A stretch of DNA of 64,000 bases, from positions 1,414-65,413 of the IMG/VR virus record IMGVR_UViG_3300044699_000088; one strand, 5' to 3'. The translations under genes and the position numbers were made by a program. Below the pieces are notes generated by a model. The model was not told where the DNA came from. It did no database searches and worked only from the letters and a program-made list of their open reading frames with translations. The stretch is from a virus (lineage: Duplodnaviria > Caudoviricetes). Positions 32,901 through 43,171 of the stretch are shown piece after piece (within the stretch, counting starts at the first letter, position 1; the number at the start of each line of letters is the position of its first letter).

Positions 32901-34525
32901 TCGACCAGTTACCTGGCTTCGACCCCAAGGCCGCTCTCCAGAAGGTGCAGAACTTCATCGCGCTGCTCGTCGGCATCATGGATTCCGCCGACTTCAACAA
33001 GCTCACCGGAACCGAGCTAACAGCCCGTGCAATCGCCGAGGGCGGGGCAACGCAGATCGAATCCATCACTAAGCTCGGCGACAAGATGAAGCTGTTGGCC
33101 AGAAACTTCGAAGGCCTCGGTACGGCTGATCAGATCGAGCGCGGAAAGAAGATCCTCGAGCTGGAGAGTGAGCGTCAACAAGCCGTCCTTCAATACCTCT
33201 ATCAGATCAAGCAAGTTCAGGACGAGCTATTCCGCTCTATCGACGCGCAGATCGTCGCCATCGGGCTCGAAGACAAAGGGCCCGGCTTCACGAAGTCCGC
33301 GCTTGAACGGCAGCTCCAAGGAACCCTCGGCAAGATCGGAGTGGCGAAGACCCCCGAGGAACTCGCTGCCCTTGGAGCCGAGGCGCAAGCGCTCATCGGG
33401 CGAATCTATGAGCTGAGCCGGGGGCTTACGGCAACCATCACCGAACTGCTCGATGGGTTCAAGAGCCTAGACGAGATGTTTGCGCCTGATAAGTCGCCGG
33501 CAAAGAAACTAGCTGATGCCTTCGAGGCTCTCAATTCGGCGTCGTCTACTGATGAACAAGTCGCCGCCGCACGAAACGTCCTAGAGCTCACTCGCGAGAA
33601 ATTTGCCCTTGAGAAACAAATGCTCGCGGAGATCAAGCAGGTAACGGAGACCATCAATCAAACGTTGAATGCGTCCATTGCAAATTTTGCTCTCGAGGGC
33701 AAGATCACGGCAGCAACGGCGGCGGGGGCGAGCCCCCAAGATATCGCAAATATTCGTATCGGCGACTTGATGGGAAAGCAGCGCGGCCTCCGGGACGAGC
33801 TTAAGACCGCTGGAAGCGCACAGGATATCGCGCGGATCGTGGGCGAGCTGAACTCGAACGCGAATTCCCTTTTCGACCTCATGGGGAAAACGCCCGAAGC
33901 GGCCGCGCAGCTCACGAAGATGCTCGAGGACGTGCGCAAGGTGGCGGATGCGCAGCTCAAAGCCTTCACGGACGCCATCACGGCCGATAACGAGGCGATC
34001 AAGTCACGAGTGAACACTGCTGTCGGTCTGCTCGAGGAAGCGCTTAAGGGGCTACCAGATGCTGCCAAGGTGGCCACGGATGGACTTGCGGGACTGAAAG
34101 ATACGCTCGGAGCGAGATTTACCGAGCTGACCGATCAGATTATCAAGGCCAACACGGATCTGTTGGGTGTCATCAGCGGCATCCTCGAAACGCTACGGGC
34201 CGGAATTGATGGTCTTTTCCCTGCTGCCGTCACGCCGGGCACCGGAACGGGCATAGGTGTAGGTGGAGGTGGCGGAACAGGCGGTGATGGCATCGGCCCC
34301 TTCAACAATGACATCGGCGCGAACTCCTACACGCCGCCGATGATCCCGGTATCGATGAGCACCACGGTTAACGCCAGCGTCGGCCAGCCCCTCGTTTACG
34401 TGACCGTCTCCGGCTCCGCCGAAAAGCTCATTGACAACGTCGTGGCGATGGCCGAGCTCCGCGGGGCACAACGTGCTGTGGCCGTCGTGTCTCAACAGCA
34501 GCAAGCGCGCAGGACGGGGTTCTGA
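29984..34525 (+). CDS. Tape measure protein (1513 aa)
   Basis: Long Ala-rich helical ORF after chaperones; SNLKDSW; glycine-zipper GPWGAVIGGVVGGIAG. Confidence 0.92.
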   Translation: MRLALEIDVKQVGNGFELTSAGLRQLEGSAATANSGLAGMGTTLGSMAGVASAAVAAVGALAGSFAALKSALTTGVEFNALLETSKLGLAAIIAQTGNIVDAQGKALKSQEKFNAAQVFAVQVQKDLQVAARETSATYQELLAGVQAATPKAIEQGFSIKQITEFVKLASQAATAINPLLLREGQFSQELRGLMEGDLSRMSQLSRTVFSEFAGNAAALRKHMNELAAEGKLFDFMKEKLGAFGIAGKLSMGTLTVATSNLKDSWQQAMGQATQSLTTDLAGSVVKLNDALFVTDVNGQKAFNPVIVETIRSMADVIGTVVVKLTDLIALFPKWATAIKDTAALWYEKLIPILAKMEDLIQQAQRVATPAPIAAANRAGEGFRGIVKDTFSQVGDAWTEVMGPVVKDWKGMFLELSGAVPRGNTGMFQRQRTAREAPIEEQAIVGLLGPQGSPRLLPPPPKPTDPAIAAKSLADAAKRLAIFERLRLQVDAIGDRQERDLVTAEAHSRIAALDAKAAEAKFQFEVMASSGLMKQGDLLKLEQNQQQTLLSIAIKKAKVEGEARAAETLFRHTQGMNKIATEEIAVKAAQSAKGVEPFLKLQADVLLADLDRKRTALLAQHGEDIEENAKKTDAAVTAIERQGILDRNKLALAAYENQNRHIIALYEDMNRTIAKGAEDAFSDLVAGRGLKDAANSFADGLRQALASQVNAHVTEWMAALKTAALRPDTRKYDATGKVISGQASSPMSAAAYGGIQGAAALYGIYQTRGTMSKNESALSGAASGAAAGGMFGPWGAVIGGVVGGIAGYAAGGKKEGYELTVSGGKVHVKALGKATAAHAAQAERDLNRAIEATQDVIKNIFDSLPTSIIDALAGNMANIGDQVLGPAAEPWKDKTFLGKSSKVLEDLLFGPVVGKMLSNFRTKVHQEVGGLSGEELKDFVENGIPTMLFKAYEPIFKEGLGALGVTEGKLKELLDQLPGFDPKAALQKVQNFIALLVGIMDSADFNKLTGTELTARAIAEGGATQIESITKLGDKMKLLARNFEGLGTADQIERGKKILELESERQQAVLQYLYQIKQVQDELFRSIDAQIVAIGLEDKGPGFTKSALERQLQGTLGKIGVAKTPEELAALGAEAQALIGRIYELSRGLTATITELLDGFKSLDEMFAPDKSPAKKLADAFEALNSASSTDEQVAAARNVLELTREKFALEKQMLAEIKQVTETINQTLNASIANFALEGKITAATAAGASPQDIANIRIGDLMGKQRGLRDELKTAGSAQDIARIVGELNSNANSLFDLMGKTPEAAAQLTKMLEDVRKVADAQLKAFTDAITADNEAIKSRVNTAVGLLEEALKGLPDAAKVATDGLAGLKDTLGARFTELTDQIIKANTDLLGVISGILETLRAGIDGLFPAAVTPGTGTGIGVGGGGGTGGDGIGPFNNDIGANSYTPPMIPVSMSTTVNASVGQPLVYVTVSGSAEKLIDNVVAMAELRGAQRAVAVVSQQQQARRTGF

Positions 34526-34526
34526 C

Positions 34527-35291
34527 ATGAAGCCGCTCGACACGTACATCAACGCGCATCTCGGAGATGGCAACGACGGGGTAAACCATATCACCGCCTT
34601 CCTTCTCTGTGAGCTGGTAGGGGAGTCGGCGACGTACCGATTCACTGATGCGCCAATCGCCATTGCCTGGGACGGGCACACTTGGCTCAACGTCAGTTTC
34701 ACGATCTCCGAGATGGTTGCTGACGGCGAGGGGGAGCTTTCCTGCTCGGTCACTTTTGAGGATGCGAGTAAGGTCATTCGCGCGATCGCGTTCGCCGAGA
34801 ACCTTCAAGACAACAGCATCACGGTCTGGGAGGCGTGGGCAGACCCGGCCACGAACGTCGTTCAAGGCGTGGATGTCATCGCCCAAGGCATCACCGACGG
34901 GGTCCGCTGCATGGGGGAGGACACCGGTATACCGACCGCCGTTGTCACCGTGCGCTCGGTCTATGGCGCATCGGGGCAGGCAGTGGGGCCGACGCAGGAG
35001 TACCTCCGCAATTGCCGATACTTCATCTTCAAAGGTCCGCAGTGCAAATACGCGGGCGGCGCCACAAGCTGCGATCGTCTTTACTCAACGTGCCTGACGC
35101 TCGCGAACACGATCAACTTCGGCGGCTTCCGCTTCGCCCTCGATCCAGGGGAGAAAGTGCAGTGGGGAACGAATGACCCCGGCTATGTGCCACCGCGCCC
35201 ATCGCAGCCGATTGATCCGTATGTTCCCGCGTCTGGTGATGTGATCTCACCCCCGCCGCTTCTAGGGCGCGGAGCAGGGAGGGGACGCTGA
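34527..35291 (+). CDS. Minor tail/hub protein (gpL/DUF2163-like, Cys cluster)
   Basis: YRFTDA, CRYFIFKGPQCKY..SCDR..C..NFGGF. Confidence 0.8.
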   Translation: MKPLDTYINAHLGDGNDGVNHITAFLLCELVGESATYRFTDAPIAIAWDGHTWLNVSFTISEMVADGEGELSCSVTFEDASKVIRAIAFAENLQDNSITVWEAWADPATNVVQGVDVIAQGITDGVRCMGEDTGIPTAVVTVRSVYGASGQAVGPTQEYLRNCRYFIFKGPQCKYAGGATSCDRLYSTCLTLANTINFGGFRFALDPGEKVQWGTNDPGYVPPRPSQPIDPYVPASGDVISPPPLLGRGAGRGR

Positions 35292-35860
35292 TGGCTATCT
35301 TCCCCGAAAGCGCCCGACGCAAGCCGCAGTACGGCTACGACAACACGCCGGAAGACAACATCAAGCGTACGCCGCCTGAGGCGGGGAACAGCTACATCCG
35401 CGACTCGTGGGGCGGTCTGCGCTGGACCGCGCGCATGGACTTTCTTGTGTCCAGAGCCGACGCGAACATCATTTGGGCGTTCTATCTATTGTCCCGGCTC
35501 TCCAGCTTCACCATATTCGATTTTGAAACCTCGGTAGTGACTGCCGTCTCGATCGGCACCGGGAACGGAGTGCTAACCGACTTCACGATCCCCGGCAAAG
35601 AGGTCGAGGCGAGCGGTCTTCTCGTCTACAAGAACGCCGTAGCCACGGCGCTGTATACGAAGCTCGTAGGGACCGGGTCACAGGGAGAGGATCAGATCCG
35701 CTTCGCCACGGCACCAGCCAACGGCGTCGCGCTCACTCTCACTGGCACGCTTCGCCGCCGCTACACCGTCGAATTCGCCGAGCGGGCAACGCGCAACTCT
35801 CCGTCGTTTGACCGTGTTCACATTTCCATGAAAGTACAGGAGCGCTTTCCCTTGAGCTGA
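35291..35860 (+). CDS. Distal tail protein (DUF2460-like)
   Basis: IGTGNGVLTDF, IRFATAPANG. Confidence 0.65.
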   Translation: MAIFPESARRKPQYGYDNTPEDNIKRTPPEAGNSYIRDSWGGLRWTARMDFLVSRADANIIWAFYLLSRLSSFTIFDFETSVVTAVSIGTGNGVLTDFTIPGKEVEASGLLVYKNAVATALYTKLVGTGSQGEDQIRFATAPANGVALTLTGTLRRRYTVEFAERATRNSPSFDRVHISMKVQERFPLS

Positions 35861-35864
35861 CACT

Positions 35865-38800
35865 ATGGCCGATCGCCGCAGACCATCGGAACACCCGACC
35901 TTCACGTCGCTCTACCAGCAGCAGTTCACGCCGGAAGGTCAGGCCTTTTACGTCTTGCGAAGCGATCCTACGCGGGCATATCTCGTAGACCCGACGACCC
36001 ACAGCGGCGCGATCGAGTATCCCGTTGAATACGTCAACTGGCTCCTTCGTCCCGCTCCTCCAACAGCCGGCGACGTTCGCGGCGCCGTCACCGGGCGCGA
36101 GTCGCGGGAGATCGGCGGCCAAGGCCTCAATGGGCGCATCGGTGTCGCTTACGGGCAAGTGCGTATTGCGCCGAGCATCTTCTTTGGGCCGCGCAACTTC
36201 GCCGCGGGCGGAGCCCCTTACGTCAACGTCATCGGCGTCGGCTACGGACTCTCTCAGGGTCCGTGCGATTCCCTCGTGGATATCGTTTTCCCCGCACGGC
36301 AAAACGCTTGCGGCGATGGTGGCGTCGGGAGCCTGGCAGTACGAGTTTTTCCAGGGCCTGCTCTCGCCGCCGGCCGCGTCCGTGCATTTCCTAAACGTGA
36401 TTGCGCCAGGAGATGCAGGCGTGGCGGCGACATTCGAAAGGTATCCCGGCCTGTGCTATGTGGCCGCGACCCTCGTATGGGAAGCCGCCGCATGGGCTGG
36501 CATTCCCGGTGCGTTCCCCATCCCGCTCTTCATACTCAAGGGTCGGAAGGTGCGCAACTATACGTCGGGGCTTGACGTCTGGTCGGACAACCCCGCCTGG
36601 TGTCTTGCCGATTACATCGTCTCGACGCAGTACGGAAGGGGAGCAACTGTCAACACGCAAAGCGTGATCGACGCCGCAACGTACTGCGATGAGACCTTTG
36701 TCAATACGGCGACCGGGCTCTCTGCCAAAAAGCACACGTTGAACTATTTCCTCCTTCGCGGCGCGAGCCACAAAGCCCACATCGACGCCATGCGTGCGCA
36801 CTTCCGTTGCAATGTCATCGAGCGCGGCGGGGAAATGATCTTCGTCATCGACAAGGACAAATCCCCGGTGATGACGTTCAATGAGGCGGAAGCGGTGCCT
36901 ATCTCCATCGAGCGTATGGGCGGGAGCGGCGTTCCGAATCAGGTCGTCGTCAAATTCCCCGATCCGCTCAACAACTATGAGCCGGTGCCGGAGTACGCGA
37001 GAACTGCCGCTGTCGATGCTGGCACGGCGATCACCAAGGAAGCGGACTACGAGCTCGAAGGTGTGAGCGACGGGGTTCACGCTGCGAGCGAGGCGTTTTA
37101 TCTGCTCAATTCGCGGCTGAATAATCTCCGAGTCGTCTTGCGTGCCGTGCATCCCAAGGCCATGCAGCTCGAGCCGGGTGACGTGATCGAATACACGACC
37201 GCGACGTTCGGGCTTGCGTCGTTTCTGCTTCGCGTGCTTCGTGTGACACGGGCCGCCGATGGAACGGCATGGACGATTGAGACATGCGGGCATGACCCGG
37301 CGGTCTACACGTTTCAGTCGCGAGCGATCGAGACGTATCCGATACCGGCCCTGCCGGACCCATTTGCCGTACCTTCGGCGCCGACGGCTCCATCTGGCGC
37401 ATCAACGCTGACGATTGGCGACGGACTCACCGTGTATCCCAACAAGGTCGGCGTGACTTGGGATCATCCGGGATGGCCGTATGCCTTGATGTATGCGGTT
37501 ACAGCGCAGACCGCGATTGAAGCTGAGTCAACAATTGCAGAAGTAGAGAGCGGACCGGTCTTCGTCAATGTCGAAACCCTACCTGTCACGATCCGTGTCT
37601 ATGCATTCCGGGCAATCAGTGGCGTCGTGAGTGCAGCATGCGCGGGCACGGTTGACCCGGTGACGATGTATGGCACAGCGGAATGGCCGCAAAACATAAC
37701 GCTCATGCCCGAAGCCGATGGACGAGTCATGCTCGCCATTGTCAAGGCGCCACGGAGAACCCGCGCACTCTATGGCACCTCATATTGGACGCAAAGCGGC
37801 ATCACGTCATTCGACGGAACCAAGATCAACGACGGAAATCTGGTTGTGGCGGCCGGTGTCATCAGCAACGGCGACACGCTCACGATTGACTTTGGCTTGG
37901 GCAATGCAAAGACAATTCGTGAGGTACGCGCCACATTCTCTTCCTTCACTGGAGCTGCGCTCGATAATCCAAATCCCATCGTAAGCCTGAAAACGTCGGC
38001 AGACGCGGTTACGTTCGGTTCGGATGTGATCATTGACGGTACGCAGTACATTGGTTTCGCGAAGGTCGGCGATGTCCCGTTCTCGATCCACGTTCCGATC
38101 CCGGAAGTAGGGGTGGATCTGGGGCCACATCGAGCATGGCGATTCAAGTTTGCGACAACCGCGCTGCAGACCGCCTACACACTCTCTGAGTTTCAGATCT
38201 ACGAGTTCGCGAGTGATGAATCCGACTTCATGCTCGGTTACAACATTTACGACATGGCAACAGGCACAGCGCGCTTTCATAAGTTCGTTGCCCAGGATCA
38301 TGATTTTACAGTCTCGCCGATTGATGTCACCGCATTCACGCGGAATGAAATGACCTGGAGCAATTTCCGCGTTGCAGTTCGGGTATGCGGCGTGAGTTTG
38401 TCCAAGCTGCAAAGCAACAACCTCGACGCCTACTACGGGTTTGGCTATGGGGGTGCCAGCACGTCGAGTCAATTGGCATCGACGGCGGGCGCCGAGACGC
38501 TGCAAAACAAGACGCTAGATGTACCGGTCGTCGCGGACTTCACCAACGCGCAGCACAATCATCAGAGCGCAGCCGGTGGCGGCCTGCTCTCTGGTGATGG
38601 CATCTCGCCGACAACGGGCACGGGGGCAGTCGTGCGGGCAGCCTCGCCTCAGTTCACGCTCAACGTCGGCATTGGCACGCCGGCACAATCGAAGATCGGC
38701 GAAATCATCGCTGGTGTTTTGGCTGCCGTGAGCGACGCGGCCGGACTCCAGGTTAGTCCAACATTTGGAGCCGGTGCGCAGGCTACCGCCTACGGAATCT

Positions 38801-39732
38801 CGACGGCAATGAATTCTGCTCCTGGTGTCTACACGATTGCCCATGTCATGGGAAACCGTGTTCATGATGGCTCCGTTGGAGCGGGCGCGACCTGGACGCA
38901 ATTCACGTCTCTCTATATTGACGCACCCACGGCCGGGTCATCGATCAATCGGGCGATTCTCGTGGCTGGGGGAACGAGCGAGTTCGGTGGGCCCGTGCTC
39001 GTCCCTACTGCCGCCGTTGACACCAATACGACGCAAGCCGCGTCTACCGCCTTCGTGCTCGCACAAGCCGCGTCCGCGAATCCCCTCATGAATGGCACGG
39101 CGGCGCCCGGAACCTCCACCCGCAATGCCCGCGGTGACCACGTGCATCCGACGGACACAAGCCGCGCGCCGATCGCCTCGCCAGCATTCACCGGCACGAC
39201 GATGTCCATCACGAGTACTGCGAGCGTGCGCTACACGCTTACAGGCGCAACGGCAAGCGGAGACTCTGACATCCGGTTCATCAATTCTGCCGCCACCGTT
39301 CCTTACGATTGGTTGATTCAAGCGCTCCAGGGCGGCACATTACGAATCTACGACAACGCAGGCGGATCGGTCGGCGAGCGGTTCACCATCGACCAAGCGG
39401 GCCTTGTGGGAATCAATCAGGCGATCCCGCTCAAGAGGCTCGACGTGACTGGCGATATTGCTGTCAACACCGCCGGGAATGGGCTGTACGTCAAGGAAGG
39501 AACCAACGCCACGATGGGAGTGGCCGTACTCGTAACGGGGGTCAAGGTCGTCTCGACGACAAAGGTAACCGCGAACAGCAGAATCTTCCTGACGGTCCAA
39601 GTCCTCGGGACTGTCGCAGCGCCGAAGGCAATCGCCGTGACCGCGCGGACTGCTGGCACGAGCTTCACGATCACGAGCTCCGACGCGACGGACACCAGCT
39701 CTATCGGCTGGCTCATTATCGAGCCCTACTAG
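35865..39732 (+). CDS. Tail tip/host-specificity protein fused to fibre (frameshift ~36295)
   Basis: VAYGQVRI; YPGLCY, LKGRKV, WSDNPAWCLADY; fibre repeat TQAASTAFV..ARGDHVHPTDTSRAP; C-terminal VTANSRIFLT..SFTITSS. Confidence 0.88.
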
Positions 39733-39737
39733 GAGCG

Positions 39738-40022
39738 ATGACGATGGCAGACGCAACCCCAACAACTCCGATAACAGACACCGTAACTGGCGTCGACCTC
39801 ATGAAGATTTCGATTCAACCGGTGCCGGGTAGCGCAACTGGCGAGATTCACTATGTGATTCAAGAAACATGGAGCAGCGGGAAATTGACGGTACGGCAGA
39901 ACACCGTCCGTCCAACTGAGTTCATTGCGTGTCTGGCCGCGTTCTGTCAGGCAACGCCGAAGAAAAAGTTTCTGCAGTTCTTGGTAGCAAACGGTTACGA
40001 AAACAATCTAACGGCTACGTAA
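39738..40022 (+). CDS. Small protein after fibre (possible fibre chaperone)
   Basis: AGGAG RBS; position. Confidence 0.5.
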   Translation: MTMADATPTTPITDTVTGVDLMKISIQPVPGSATGEIHYVIQETWSSGKLTVRQNTVRPTEFIACLAAFCQATPKKKFLQFLVANGYENNLTAT

Positions 40023-40037
40023 AGGAGGGATCGACAC

Positions 40038-40193
40038 GTGCTAGAGACTCTGCTCGTTGTCGGGGTGGTCATTATTCTGCTCGTGCTCTTCAATCAATAC
40101 GTGAGCTTAGGCCAGCCAGCGCGCAACGTCATCACCGTGATTGTCGCAATTCTCCTATTGGTTTATGTGCTTCGGGCGTTTGGGATCGTTTAG
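40038..40193 (+). CDS. 51-aa two-TM membrane protein (holin/antiholin-like; not in ORF track)
   Basis: AAGGAGG RBS; MLETLLVVGVVIILLVLFNQY..VIVAILLLVYVLRAFGIV. Confidence 0.7.
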   Translation: MLETLLVVGVVIILLVLFNQYVSLGQPARNVITVIVAILLLVYVLRAFGIV

Positions 40194-40204
40194 GCAAGGT
40201 GACT

Positions 40205-40600
40205 ATGGTCATTGTTTGGAAGCTGGCCCCGGAGCTCGAAAAGCTCCGCTCGCAAATCGACGAGCGATGGCCGAAGCGTAACCGCGCTTCGGACGGGACC
40301 ATCGCGGACGATGCGCATATGGCAGCCGGGACGAGCGACCACATCCCCAACGCCGATGGCATCGTTACCGCGTTCGATATCACGAACGATCCAAAGGGCG
40401 GATTCGACGCTGGCAAGTTTGCGGAAGTCCTTCGGATCAGTCGCGATCCGCGGATCAAGTATGTGATTTTCGACAGGCGCATTTTCAGCTCACTTGTTCA
40501 GCCATGGATCTGGCGCGAGTACAAGGGCGCAAATCCACACACCAAACACGTGCACGTCTCCGTCGGCGGGGATCAGGTGCCGTGGAAGCTACCAATGTAG
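40205..40600 (+). CDS. Endolysin, M15-like zinc peptidase
   Basis: RASDGTIADDAH, SDH, AFDIT, IKYVIFDRRI, NPHTKHVHVSV. Confidence 0.75.
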   Translation: MVIVWKLAPELEKLRSQIDERWPKRNRASDGTIADDAHMAAGTSDHIPNADGIVTAFDITNDPKGGFDAGKFAEVLRISRDPRIKYVIFDRRIFSSLVQPWIWREYKGANPHTKHVHVSVGGDQVPWKLPM

Positions 40601-40615
40601 GAAAGAGGGAGGGCG

Positions 40616-40924
40616 ATGATGAAGCTGTTCGTTGAATTTGTGAAATCAGGTATTCGGTATCTCTTAGCAGCGCTGTTCGGTGCGCTTGTGCTTAGGAACG
40701 TGGTCTCCGCGGAACTAGCGGCCAGCATCTTGGACTCGTGGCCGATGACGATTGCCACATGGATCGTCACATTCGCGTTTCCACTCGCCTGGATGTGGCT
40801 AAAAAATCAGAAATGGATTCAAACAATCGTGACGGCTCTACGAATGCCGGCCGGTACATCGACGGAAGTACTGGAGGCCACGGTCAAAGCCGACGGGCCA
40901 AAGATTGTGACGGTGGTGCCGTGA
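40616..40924 (+). CDS. Holin-like membrane protein
   Basis: Two TM helices directly after endolysin. Confidence 0.65.
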   Translation: MMKLFVEFVKSGIRYLLAALFGALVLRNVVSAELAASILDSWPMTIATWIVTFAFPLAWMWLKNQKWIQTIVTALRMPAGTSTEVLEATVKADGPKIVTVVP

Positions 40925-41289
40925 GGCGGGCTCAGTGCGGCATCTCGGCACTGCTCGCGCTACTGATGCTGAGCTGCTCATCCGCCGCGGGCATGCCTGC
41001 ACGATCGCCGCTAGAGATCGCGCGGCTGTCTTACGTCGATGCTTCTCTCGTTTACGAAGTCACTATGCGCACGGTGAGCGATCTCCGTGCGGCACGTCTA
41101 CTGAGCGACCCGCAATGGTCGCGAGTGGAACACGCACAGAGTGTGGTGCGCGTTTTGGGGCCTCAAGTGAGGGCAGCTCTCGACCTGTGGGCCGTTACAG
41201 GTCGAGAGCCTGTGGACTATTCGGTCGCGATCGGGAAGCTGTATGCGGCCTTCGCCGAAATCAAAACGGTGCGAGCGGAGGTGTTTTGA
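40921..41289 (+). CDS. Lipoprotein in lysis cassette (spanin-like)
   Basis: GTG start; ALLALLMLSC lipobox. Confidence 0.55.
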   Translation: MRRAQCGISALLALLMLSCSSAAGMPARSPLEIARLSYVDASLVYEVTMRTVSDLRAARLLSDPQWSRVEHAQSVVRVLGPQVRAALDLWAVTGREPVDYSVAIGKLYAAFAEIKTVRAEVF

Positions 41290-41693
41290 TGGCGAATAGC
41301 AATGCGACGCTCACCCTAGAGGCGTTTAAGCTGATCGCCGATCTTGCCGCGCGAGCGATGGAGGCGCGCAACAGAGCCCGCGCCGTCGCCGCCGCTGCCG
41401 GTGTGTCAGACGCTGACTTGGACGCAGCCGATGCTCGTTTCGCGACGGTCTATCCCGATCCATTGCCGCCAGTGGTCACGCCTCCACCGCCTCCACCGAT
41501 CGAGTTCCCCGCCGCCGGCATGCCGAAGTACAACGACAACGTGACGGGACCCACGCCGAGCGATGACGTTCTTAAAGCCATGGGATTCAAGGTGACCGAT
41601 TATGTTTGCGAGAACAACCTTGGCCAGTGGTCGGTCACGCCATTCGATCAGCTCAGGAATCCAGACTTCCGCCCCGTGCGGCAGATTAAATAA
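41289..41693 (+). CDS. Hypothetical protein
   Basis: GGAGG RBS, MANSNATL start overlapping upstream stop; Pro-rich linker. Confidence 0.5.
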   Translation: MANSNATLTLEAFKLIADLAARAMEARNRARAVAAAAGVSDADLDAADARFATVYPDPLPPVVTPPPPPPIEFPAAGMPKYNDNVTGPTPSDDVLKAMGFKVTDYVCENNLGQWSVTPFDQLRNPDFRPVRQIK

Positions 41694-41703
41694 GCGAGGA
41701 GGA

Positions 41704-41994
41704 ATGAAAACTAAACGAACGATTCTCAGGTCCATCCAGAAAACAGTGCGAAATCTCCCTCAGCAACTCGCTCAGCAACTCACTAAATTTGAAAGGAAAA
41801 TCATGTCCAAAATTGAAGAAGTCCTAACCAAGATCGATACCGCCACTAACGAAGCAGCGGACAGGGTTGCAGCATTGATCGCCGATATCGGCAATCTCAC
41901 CCCTGAGCAGCAGGCCGAAGCTGACAAGATCGTGACGCGGCTGCAGTCCATCGCGGCCAATCCGGACAACCCCGTTCCCCCGGTTGAAGTCTAA
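41704..41994 (+). CDS. Small coiled-coil protein
   Basis: GAGGAGG RBS; KIDTATNEAADRV..NPDNPVP. Confidence 0.55.
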   Translation: MKTKRTILRSIQKTVRNLPQQLAQQLTKFERKIMSKIEEVLTKIDTATNEAADRVAALIADIGNLTPEQQAEADKIVTRLQSIAANPDNPVPPVEV

Positions 41995-42072
41995 ATACGA
42001 AAAGCCCTGCTCGTTGCAGTCCGATCTGATGCCGAGTCTCTCCGGCTGATGGCGGCGCACCAACGGGCGAGG

Positions 42073-42117
42073 CGAAGGCTCCCCGGTTCGGTCTGCCGGC
42101 CGGGGGGCTTTCGTTTT
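42073..42117 (+). terminator. Intrinsic terminator of late operon
   Basis: CGAAGGCTCCCCGG...CCGGGGGGCTTTCG plus TTTT. Confidence 0.7.
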
Positions 42118-42256
42118 GATGCTTCATTTCACGGAAAGGAGTGCTTCACCATGGAAATCTTGATCGCGTTGTTTGTCATCTATTCGACGGTCGTCGCGGT
42201 GCGGCCGGCGATTGTGACGTGAGCGCATGCCGCCGGTTTGCCCCGCTAGATTTCTG

Positions 42257-42285
42257 TTGACAGTGTACACGTATCGGTGTACAGT
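42257..42285 (+). promoter_or_regulatory. Sigma70-type promoter with palindromic operator for hicAB
   Basis: TTGACA-17bp-TACAGT; TGTACAC-N6-GTGTACA overlapping the spacer; ATG 5 bp after the -10 (leaderless). Confidence 0.8.
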
Positions 42286-42290
42286 GAGTC

Positions 42291-42470
42291 ATGAAGCGCC
42301 GAGACCTAGAAATCAGCCTGACCAAATGCGGCTGGCGATTTCTGAGGAGTGGCGGCCGACATGACGTGTGGACGAACGGTGAACGCGAAGAAGCGATTCC
42401 GCGCCACCGTGAGATCAACGAACGGCTAGCTCGCGCGATTCTACGGCGCGCATGCAAGGGGCAATCATGA
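42291..42470 (+). CDS. hicA: HicA-family toxin (59 aa, not in ORF track)
   Basis: MKRRDLEISLTKCGWRFLRSGGRHDVWTNGEREEAIPRHREINERLARAIL. Confidence 0.92.
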   Translation: MKRRDLEISLTKCGWRFLRSGGRHDVWTNGEREEAIPRHREINERLARAILRRACKGQS

Positions 42471-42880
42471 GATTTGAGGGACGAGTAGTTCGCGATGGGC
42501 GGCTGTGGCTCGCGGAGATCCCGATCCTACAGGCAATGACGCAGGGACGGACGCGAAGAGAAGCGCTAGAGATGATCGGCGATTGGTTAGAGGCCATGGT
42601 CAACCGAGACGGGTTCAAGGCGACGGTTTACCCGCTGGGCTCAGTGTTTGAGGTCGCCGGGAACGATGCCGCGGCGATGACCGCGTTGCTGCTCAAACGT
42701 CGACGGGAGGCCGTTGGGCTCTCTCTACGGGAGATGGCCGCGCGGCTTGGGGCCTCCTCGCGAAACACTTACGCTCGGTATGAGCGTGGCGCCTCGGTGC
42801 CCACCGTGGAGAAACTCGACGCTCTTCTCAAGGCGGCGTCACCGGGCGAGGATTTCGTCATTCGCGCGTCCGCACACTGA
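42467..42880 (+). CDS. hicB: HicB-family antitoxin with C-terminal XRE HTH
   Basis: WLAEIPILQAMTQGRTRREA; GLSLREMAARLG..YARYERG; ATGA overlap with hicA. Confidence 0.9.
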   Translation: MRFEGRVVRDGRLWLAEIPILQAMTQGRTRREALEMIGDWLEAMVNRDGFKATVYPLGSVFEVAGNDAAAMTALLLKRRREAVGLSLREMAARLGASSRNTYARYERGASVPTVEKLDALLKAASPGEDFVIRASAH

Positions 42881-42899
42881 GCCGACCCGCGCTCGTAGC

Positions 42900-43151
42900 T
42901 CATTCCCGTTCCCGCGCTTTCGCAGCCCGCGCCAACCCACCCATCCGCGCGATCTGACTTCGCCGCCACGGGCTCTCTTTGGCGCGGGCGGCTCTTCCCG
43001 CTTTGCCTGCAATCTCTCGGCGGAGCTCCGGGGTGCGCGCAGCGCAGGAGGCGAACCCGCCCATGCTGGCGATTTCGCGGCGACGCTCTAGGGTGAGGGT
43101 GGCGAGACCTCGGGGTTTGTGGGTGGTGCGTGGTGGCGGCGATGATCTCAT
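42900..43151 (-). CDS. KGG-type repeat protein
   Basis: RRREIASMGG / RREIAGKAG / RRSQIARMGG repeats. Confidence 0.65.
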   Translation of the reverse strand: MRSSPPPRTTHKPRGLATLTLERRREIASMGGFASCAARTPELRREIAGKAGRAARAKESPWRRSQIARMGGLARAAKARERE

Positions 43152-43171
43152 GGAGTTACCCTTCTCTCGGC

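Noticed and set aside
35865-39732. Diversity-generating retroelement or invertible tail fibre
   Set aside because: No reverse transcriptase, template repeat or invertase seen in the window.
42001-42072. Hammerhead ribozyme
   Set aside because: CTGATG is not followed by A and no correctly placed GAAA core exists.
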